In this document: positions 57,787 to 64,000 of the stretch, piece after piece
How positions within the stretch are numbered: position 1 is the stretch's first letter
Layout: each line of letters opens with the position of its first letter
Origin: an uncultured Halanaerobium sp.
GTDB lineage: Bacteria; Bacillota; Halanaerobiia; Halanaerobiales; Halanaerobiaceae
Direction of reading: 5' to 3'
Length of the DNA stretch: 64,000 nucleotides
NCBI GenBank assembly: GCA_964649895.1
Contig: CAZYRX010000004.1
Location: 3,986 to 67,985, forward strand
Translations under genes and position numbers: made by a program
The notes under the pieces: generated by a model
Database searches by the model: none
Told to the model about the DNA's origin: nothing
The model's input: only the letters and a program-made list of their open reading frames with translations

Positions 57787-58935
57787 ATGATAGCTATTAT
57801 AAATGGAGAAATTTATACAATGTCAGGTAGAACAATTAAAAATGGCATTATTTTGATTGATCAAGGAATAATTGAAGAAATAGGAAAAGATATTGAGATA
57901 CCAGAAAGTGCTGAAATTATTGATGTAACAGGGAAAATAATTATACCAGGTATTATTGATGCACATACACATCTAGGTATTGATGAAGCAGGTGTTGGTT
58001 GGGAAGGAAAAGATTATAATGAAATGACAAATCCAGTTACTCCACATCTGCGGGCCATTGATGCAGTGAATCCAAGAGAAGATGGATTAAAAATTGCAAG
58101 AGAAAATGGCATTACATCAGTAATGACTAGTCCAGGCAGTGCAAATGTCCTTGGAGGAGAAGCAGCTGCTATAAAAACTGCAGGAGATTTTATTGATGAG
58201 ATGATTATTAAAGCTCCAGTTGGCATAAAAGCTGCCTTTGGTGAAAATCCAAAAAAAGTATATACAGAAAGAAAAGAAGCCCCGGGAACTAGAATGGGAA
58301 TTGCAGCACTTTTAAGAGAGGTATTAATGGAAGCCCAGGATTATAAATTGGCAAAAGAAGATGCTGCCGAAAAAGGTGAAGTTTTTAACAGAAAGTTAAA
58401 ATTTGAAAGTCTGCTAAAATTATTGAATAAAGAAATACCGCTCAAAGCTCATGTTCATCGAGCTGATGATATTATGACTGCACTGAGAATTGCAAAAGAG
58501 TTTGATATAAATATTACACTTGAGCATTGTACAGAAGGTCATTTAGCTGCCCACAAGATAGCAGAAGCAGGAGCACCAGCTGTGGTTGGACCCTCTCTTA
58601 CAGGTAAGGTTAAGGTCGAGCTCAAAGAACAGGATTTTAAAACAGCTGCTCTACTTGCTGAAGCCGGAGTAAAAATAGCCCTAGTCAGTGATCATCCTGT
58701 TACACCGACAGAAAGACTTCCTTTATATGCTGCATTAGCTGTCAAATCGGGTCTTAATAAAGATGAGGCTTTAAAAGCAATAACGATCAATCCAGCAGAA
58801 ATTTTAGGTATAGCGGATCGAGTTGGCAGTTTAGAAAAAGGAAAAGATGCTGATCTTGTGATCTTTAATGGAGAGCCATTAGATTTTAACAGCTCCATAG
58901 GAAAGGTAATGATAAATGGCAGATTTATAAATTAA
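57787..58935 (+). CDS. Metal-dependent amidohydrolase (imidazolonepropionase-like family)
   Basis: PGIIDAHTH, KAAFGENPK, HVHRADD, EH, SDHP, GSLEKGKDAD. Confidence 0.88.
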   Translation: MIAIINGEIYTMSGRTIKNGIILIDQGIIEEIGKDIEIPESAEIIDVTGKIIIPGIIDAHTHLGIDEAGVGWEGKDYNEMTNPVTPHLRAIDAVNPREDGLKIARENGITSVMTSPGSANVLGGEAAAIKTAGDFIDEMIIKAPVGIKAAFGENPKKVYTERKEAPGTRMGIAALLREVLMEAQDYKLAKEDAAEKGEVFNRKLKFESLLKLLNKEIPLKAHVHRADDIMTALRIAKEFDINITLEHCTEGHLAAHKIAEAGAPAVVGPSLTGKVKVELKEQDFKTAALLAEAGVKIALVSDHPVTPTERLPLYAALAVKSGLNKDEALKAITINPAEILGIADRVGSLEKGKDADLVIFNGEPLDFNSSIGKVMINGRFIN

Positions 58936-58982
58936 ATTTTTAGAATAATTTTTTCAAAAACATGAGGAGGTAGTAATTAAAA

Positions 58983-60524
58983 ATGAAGAAGAGTACAGAA
59001 TTATTAAGTTTTTTATTAGTTTTATTAATAGGCCTTACAATTTTATTAAGTCCGACTGTTGGAGCTCAAGAAATAAAAAAAGGTGGTACACTCTCAATTA
59101 CAGATTTTTCTTTTGCAAGTGCTAGAACACTTGACCCACATATTGCACAGGCAGCAGGTTCAATGCGTTTTATAGAAAACCTCTATAATACACTGTTGAA
59201 ATACAAAAAGGGTGAATATGGTAGTCTAGAAGGTGATTTAGTAGAAGAGTATAGTATTTCAGATGATGGAAAAGTATACAAATTTCAAATTCATAAGGGA
59301 GTTAAGTTTCATAATGGTGATGACTTAACAGCTGAAGATGTAAAATACTCCATCGAAAGAATCATTGATAAAGAAGTTAGAGCTCAGCATTTTGATGCTG
59401 TAGATAACATAGAAGTAATTGACGATCTAAATCTTGAGATAACTTTAAAAGAACCTGTAGCTCCATTTTTAACTTATCTGGCTTATCCTATGAATGCAGT
59501 TGTTAATAAAACTATTGTTGAGGCCAATGATGGTTCATTAAATAATGCTGATGCAGGTAGTGGACCCTTTAAATTAAATGTTTGGGAAAGAGATCAATTT
59601 TTGGTTCTAGATAAATTTGAAGATTATTTTGAAGAAGGTAAACCTTATTTAAATAGAGTTTATTTAAAGCCGATTGATGATGAAACAGCAAGAACTACCG
59701 CTTTAAGAAATGACGAACTTGATATTATACTTCAGGTTTCAGCAAAAAACATTGACAGACTTGCTCAATATCCAAATATTAATGTGGAATCTGTTGCAGG
59801 TACTTATTGGGAGTATTTAGGTTTAAATACCAAGACTGGTCCTTTATCTGACAAAAAAGTACGCCAAGCTATTGCCTGGGCGGTTAATAGAGATACTTTA
59901 AATCAGATGGTCAAATTTGCTAAAGCAACACCTTTAACTGGTGGACCAATCCCTCCAGGTCACTGGGCAGATGATGAATTAAAAGTATATCCAGCTCAGG
60001 ACCTTGATAAAGCAAGAGAACTTCTTGCAGAAACAGATTATAGTAATGGTTTTGATACAACACTAATAGTTCTTTCTAATCCTGATCAGTTAAATGCTGC
60101 TCAGGTGATTAAAGCTCAATTAGCTTCAATTGGGATCAATGTTGAAATTAGATCATTAGAATCATCAGTCTATTTTGAAAATCTTGGTAGTGGAGATTTT
60201 GAGATGACAGTTATCGGCTGGGTAGGTTTTGTTGATCCTGACGAGTATTTGTATAATATTTTCCATACAGATGGTATCTGGAATCAGCAGTCATATTCTA
60301 ATAAGGAAGTAGATGCTCTGCTTGAAGAAGGCAGAAGAGTAAGTGATAAAGAAGAACGGAGAAAAATTTATAGAGAAGCACAGAGAATGATTGCCGAAGA
60401 TGCTCCAATGGTATTTTTATATGTAAATCCACAGGCATCTGCAATGCAGCAATCTGTAAGAGGTTTTGATGTTAATCCAACTGTATCAACAATTTCTCTA
60501 GCGGAAACATGGATAGATGAATAA
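58983..60524 (+). CDS. Peptide/nickel ABC transporter substrate-binding protein
   Basis: Signal peptide, LDP, GVKFHNG..LTAEDVKYS, GSGPF, VRQAI. Confidence 0.92.
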   Translation: MKKSTELLSFLLVLLIGLTILLSPTVGAQEIKKGGTLSITDFSFASARTLDPHIAQAAGSMRFIENLYNTLLKYKKGEYGSLEGDLVEEYSISDDGKVYKFQIHKGVKFHNGDDLTAEDVKYSIERIIDKEVRAQHFDAVDNIEVIDDLNLEITLKEPVAPFLTYLAYPMNAVVNKTIVEANDGSLNNADAGSGPFKLNVWERDQFLVLDKFEDYFEEGKPYLNRVYLKPIDDETARTTALRNDELDIILQVSAKNIDRLAQYPNINVESVAGTYWEYLGLNTKTGPLSDKKVRQAIAWAVNRDTLNQMVKFAKATPLTGGPIPPGHWADDELKVYPAQDLDKARELLAETDYSNGFDTTLIVLSNPDQLNAAQVIKAQLASIGINVEIRSLESSVYFENLGSGDFEMTVIGWVGFVDPDEYLYNIFHTDGIWNQQSYSNKEVDALLEEGRRVSDKEERRKIYREAQRMIAEDAPMVFLYVNPQASAMQQSVRGFDVNPTVSTISLAETWIDE

Positions 60525-60550
60525 TAACAATTATTAGTCTGGATTTTAAT

Positions 60551-60591
60551 AAAGTCAAAGCCGGCCTCAATTAGGTTCGGTTTTGACTTTT
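60551..60591 (+). terminator. Hairpin after the SBP gene
   Basis: aaagtcaaagccgg...tcggttttgactttt. Confidence 0.65.
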
Positions 60592-60621
60592 GATTTTTAA
60601 TTAGATGGAGGGTTTTAGTAA

Positions 60622-61563
60622 ATGTGGAGATACATAACAAAAAGAATTTTGGTAGCAATACCTGTTTTAATTGGGATTTCTATTGTTGCTTTTTTCCTGA
60701 TCAGACTTGTACCTGGAGATACAATTACAGCTCTGCTGGGTGCAAATTACAATCCTGAACAGGCGGCTGTATTAAGGGCAGAATATGGTCTTGATAAACC
60801 ACTGGTTATACAGTATTTTATCTGGATTACCAATCTATTTAAAGGTGATTTAGGAAAGTCATTTTTTACTAACCAGGGTGTACTAACATCAATTATAGAA
60901 AGGCTGCCTGTTACAATAGAGCTGATGATTATGAGTTTTTTGTACAGTGTTTTTATTGCTATTCCTTTGGGTGCAGCTGCTTCTCTTAAAAAGAATTCGC
61001 TGCTTGATTATTCGGCAAGTTTTTTAGGGCTGCTTGGTGTTTCTATACCAAATTTTTGGCTTGGAACAATATTTATTTTAGTTTTTTCACTATTTTTAGG
61101 TTGGTTTCCTTCTGGAGGATTTGTGAGTTTTTTTGAAAATCCAATATTAAATTTGAGGTATATGGCACTGCCATCAATTGCATTGGGTGCTTCGGTTGGA
61201 GCAGTTGTTATGCGAATGACTCGTTCTTCAATGCTTGAAGTATTAAAACAGGATTATATAGAAATGGCAAGAGCAAAGGGTGTAACAAGAAAAATGCTGA
61301 TTATAAGTCATGCTCTAAAAAATGCTCTTATCCCAGTTATAACAGTTTTAGGAATTCAGATGGGCTATCTTCTTGGTGGTTCTGTAATTATTGAGAAAAT
61401 ATTTTCGCTGCCTGGAGTAGGAAGACTTACTCTGCAGTCAATTACAAATAGAGATTATATTTTAATGCAGGGTTGTATATTATTTGTTGCTTTTGGATTT
61501 GTAACAATTAATTTAATTGTAGACATAATTTATGCAGTGATAAATCCACAGATAAGATATTAA
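60622..61563 (+). CDS. Peptide ABC permease (DppB/OppB-like)
   Basis: PGD, GDLG, RLPVT, ARAKG, HALKNA, NPQIRY. Confidence 0.92.
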   Translation: MWRYITKRILVAIPVLIGISIVAFFLIRLVPGDTITALLGANYNPEQAAVLRAEYGLDKPLVIQYFIWITNLFKGDLGKSFFTNQGVLTSIIERLPVTIELMIMSFLYSVFIAIPLGAAASLKKNSLLDYSASFLGLLGVSIPNFWLGTIFILVFSLFLGWFPSGGFVSFFENPILNLRYMALPSIALGASVGAVVMRMTRSSMLEVLKQDYIEMARAKGVTRKMLIISHALKNALIPVITVLGIQMGYLLGGSVIIEKIFSLPGVGRLTLQSITNRDYILMQGCILFVAFGFVTINLIVDIIYAVINPQIRY

Positions 61564-61576
61564 AGGAGGAAGGTTT

Positions 61577-62416
61577 TTGAAGGAATTTTGGCATCGTTTT
61601 TATAAAAATAAATTAGCTTTTAGTGGACTGGTAATTCTGCTGATTTTTTTAATAATGGCATTATTTGCCCCTTTTCTTGCACCCTATGATCCCTATCAGA
61701 TGAATCCAGGTGCAATGCTTAATGCTCCAAGTTCTGATCATTTTTTTGGAACTGATCAGTTTGGAAGAGATATCTTGAGCAGAATAATATATGGAAGCCG
61801 TATTTCATTTAAGGTAGGTATTATATCTGTTGGTATATCGCTATTTATTGGTGTTAGTATGGGTATAGTTGCAGGTTATTATGGGGGAATACTGGATAAT
61901 ATTATTTCGAGAATTATGGATGTTATGTTTTCTTTTCCGCAAATTTTTCTAGCTCTAGTTATTATGGCAGTATTGGGAACAAGCTCTACCAATCTTATGA
62001 TAGCAATTGGACTTGTCTATATTCCGATTTTCGGTCGTATTGCTAGAGGTTCTGTACTTTCGATTAAAGATTCACTTTACATTGAGGCGGCCAATTCGAT
62101 TGGAGTAAATAATTTAGTAATTATGATAAGACATATTCTTCCCAATATTATGGCCCCAATAATTGTTCAGACAACCCTATCATTTGGATTCGCTATTAGG
62201 GCTGAAGCAGCACTTAGCTTTTTGGGTTTAGGTGTGGAAGCAGACGTGCCTTCCTGGGGAATTATGCTTAATCAGGGTAAAGACTGGATGGAGATGGCCT
62301 GGTGGAATGCTGTTTTCCCAGGACTATCTGCTACCTTAGCAATCCTGAGTTTCAATATACTTGGTGATGGTTTAAGAGATGCTCTTGATCCCAGATTAAG
62401 AAATGACATAGATTAA
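61577..62416 (+). CDS. Peptide ABC permease (DppC/OppC-like)
   Basis: GTDQFGRD, HILPN, LSFLGLG, GDGLRDALDP. Confidence 0.92.
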   Translation: MKEFWHRFYKNKLAFSGLVILLIFLIMALFAPFLAPYDPYQMNPGAMLNAPSSDHFFGTDQFGRDILSRIIYGSRISFKVGIISVGISLFIGVSMGIVAGYYGGILDNIISRIMDVMFSFPQIFLALVIMAVLGTSSTNLMIAIGLVYIPIFGRIARGSVLSIKDSLYIEAANSIGVNNLVIMIRHILPNIMAPIIVQTTLSFGFAIRAEAALSFLGLGVEADVPSWGIMLNQGKDWMEMAWWNAVFPGLSATLAILSFNILGDGLRDALDPRLRNDID

Positions 62417-62432
62417 TAGGAGAGGATGTAAT

Positions 62433-63413
62433 TTGTCAAATTTACTTGAAGTTAAGAGATTAAAAACATATTTCAATACAAATAGTGGATTGGTTAAAGC
62501 GGTTGATGGAATAAATTTTTCACTTGAAAAAAATGAAATTTTATCAATAGTAGGTGAGTCAGGTTGTGGAAAAAGTGTTACTTCAAAAACTATTTTGGGT
62601 CTAATTGGTTCAAAAAAAAATGAAATTGTTGAGGGAGAGGTTCTTTTTAAAGGAGAAGACTTACTTGAAAAGAATTACAGTCAGATGAGAAAAATTAGAG
62701 GTAAAGAGATATCTACTGTTTTTCAGGATCCTATGACTTCTTTAAACCCACTTCATAAAGTTGGTGCCCAAATTGCAGAAGTGCTGAGAATTCATGAAAA
62801 CATGAATAAAAAGCAGGCAAATATAAGAGCGGTAGAAATGCTTGAAAAAGTTGGGATTCCTTCTGCAGAATCAAGAGCTGATCAGTACCCACACCAATTT
62901 AGTGGAGGTATGAGGCAGAGGGCGATTATTGCTATGGCACTTGCCTGCAAACCTGATCTTTTAATTGCTGATGAACCGACAACTGCTCTTGATGTGACAA
63001 TTCAGGCTCAAATTTTAGACCTGCTCAAAGAGCTGCGTGATGATTTAGGTACAGCAATTATTATTATTACTCATGATCTTGGTGTAGTTGCTGAGGTAAG
63101 TGATAGTGTTGCAGTAATGTATGCAGGCAGGCTTGCCGAAAAAGCTCCTGTAAAAAAACTTTTTTCCGAACCACTACATCCATATACACAAGGATTATTG
63201 AAATCTATTCCTAAACCTGGCAGCAGAAAAAGACTTGAACCTATTGAAGGGCAGCCGCCAGATCTGCATGATTTAAAAGTGGGCTGTAATTTTGAAGAGC
63301 GCTGCAAATTTGCTTTTGAAAAATGCAAAGAATTAAGTCCAGAGATGGAATTAAGAGCAGCTGAACATCTGGTTTCCTGCTGGCTCTATGAGGAGGGAAC
63401 TGTTAATGGATGA
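62433..63413 (+). CDS. Peptide ABC ATPase (DppD/OppD-like)
   Basis: [29 protein letters not shown]-terminal Cys motif. Confidence 0.93.
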   Translation: MSNLLEVKRLKTYFNTNSGLVKAVDGINFSLEKNEILSIVGESGCGKSVTSKTILGLIGSKKNEIVEGEVLFKGEDLLEKNYSQMRKIRGKEISTVFQDPMTSLNPLHKVGAQIAEVLRIHENMNKKQANIRAVEMLEKVGIPSAESRADQYPHQFSGGMRQRAIIAMALACKPDLLIADEPTTALDVTIQAQILDLLKELRDDLGTAIIIITHDLGVVAEVSDSVAVMYAGRLAEKAPVKKLFSEPLHPYTQGLLKSIPKPGSRKRLEPIEGQPPDLHDLKVGCNFEERCKFAFEKCKELSPEMELRAAEHLVSCWLYEEGTVNG

Positions 63414-64000
63414 TTTAAAGAAAATAGAAGCAGTGCAGAATGATTTTTATCAGCATAAAGAAAAACTGCTTGAAATAAAAAATCTTAAAAAACATTTTAT
63501 ATCTCAAAAAGGTCTTTTCTTTGGTAAAGAAGTTCGGGTTAAAGCAGTAGATGGTTTAAATTTTGATATCTATAAGGGAGAGACTTTAGGTATTGTTGGT
63601 GAATCAGGCTGTGGTAAATCTACAACCGGTAGGCTGCTTTTGAGATTAATTGAAGCAACTGAAGGAAAAATTGATTTTGATGGTATTGATCTAATGAATC
63701 TGAGAGAAAGAGAACTTAAAAAGATGCGGCGAAGATTCCAAATGGTTTTTCAGGATCCTTTTGCATCTTTAAATCCAAGGATGAAAATAAAAAATATTGT
63801 TGCTGAACCTATGAAAACACATGGATTATATAAAGATAACCGCAAAGAAAAAGTTGCAGAACTGCTTGATGCTGTAGGTATTTCAAAGAGCTATCTCGAT
63901 AGATATCCACACGAGTTTTCTGGAGGTCAGAGGCAGAGAATAGGCATTGCTAGAGCTCTTGCAGCTGACCCCCAATTTATTGTCGCTGATGAACCGGTAG
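63406..64000 (+). CDS. Peptide ABC ATPase (DppF/OppF-like), 3' truncated by window edge
   Basis: ATG 63406 after GGAGG; [31 protein letters not shown]. Confidence 0.9.
   Translation, partial: MDDLKKIEAVQNDFYQHKEKLLEIKNLKKHFISQKGLFFGKEVRVKAVDGLNFDIYKGETLGIVGESGCGKSTTGRLLLRLIEATEGKIDFDGIDLMNLRERELKKMRRRFQMVFQDPFASLNPRMKIKNIVAEPMKTHGLYKDNRKEKVAELLDAVGISKSYLDRYPHEFSGGQRQRIGIARALAADPQFIVADEPV

Noticed and set aside
1330-63328. About 30 short ORFs in the track that overlap or lie antisense to long genes (e.g. 19727-20155, 24949-25287, 42672-43031, 11397-11666)
   Set aside because: Shadow frames of well-supported genes, with no recognisable motifs
1-64000. CRISPR arrays, tRNA/rRNA, transposases, phage or defence genes, selenoprotein read-through
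   Set aside because: None recognised by eye; nearly all the sequence is explained by intact metabolic genes

Overview
AT-rich chromosomal window from an anaerobic, probably halophilic Firmicute (Halanaerobium-like; inferred from acidic proteins, Mrp antiporter, TRAP/TAXI and TTT transporters, HydGE and AOR; not verified). It is gene-dense and metabolic, with no visible tRNA/rRNA, CRISPR, prophage or transposase. In order: SorE-like dehydrogenase and DeoR; G1PDH-HAD-DhaK; LtaS-like plus GDPD; Fe-ADH plus a 9-gene Mrp operon; GGDEF/HD-GYP protein, M20 peptidase, AlaA and nuclease; CitAB-type two-component system next to LeuCD-like, TTT, LarA-family, an unannotated 48-aa membrane ORF and OadA; TAXI-TRAP; TM1266-hydG-hydE with a Rex-like box and an unassigned structured leader; SulP and SLC13; DUF2089 pair; two TPP riboswitches flanking a thiT pseudogene, then a thiamine salvage operon; radical SAM, Moco/Tuco riboswitch, AOR-MoaD-ThiF; MBL hydrolase; amidohydrolase plus peptide ABC transporter. 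Best candidates for new biology: the LeuCD-LarA-OadA organic-acid pathway, the attenuator-like hyd leader RNA, the deletion-generated tandem TPP riboswitch, and a possible sn-glycerol-1-phosphate recycling cluster. All calls are by-eye motif recognition; no database search was run.
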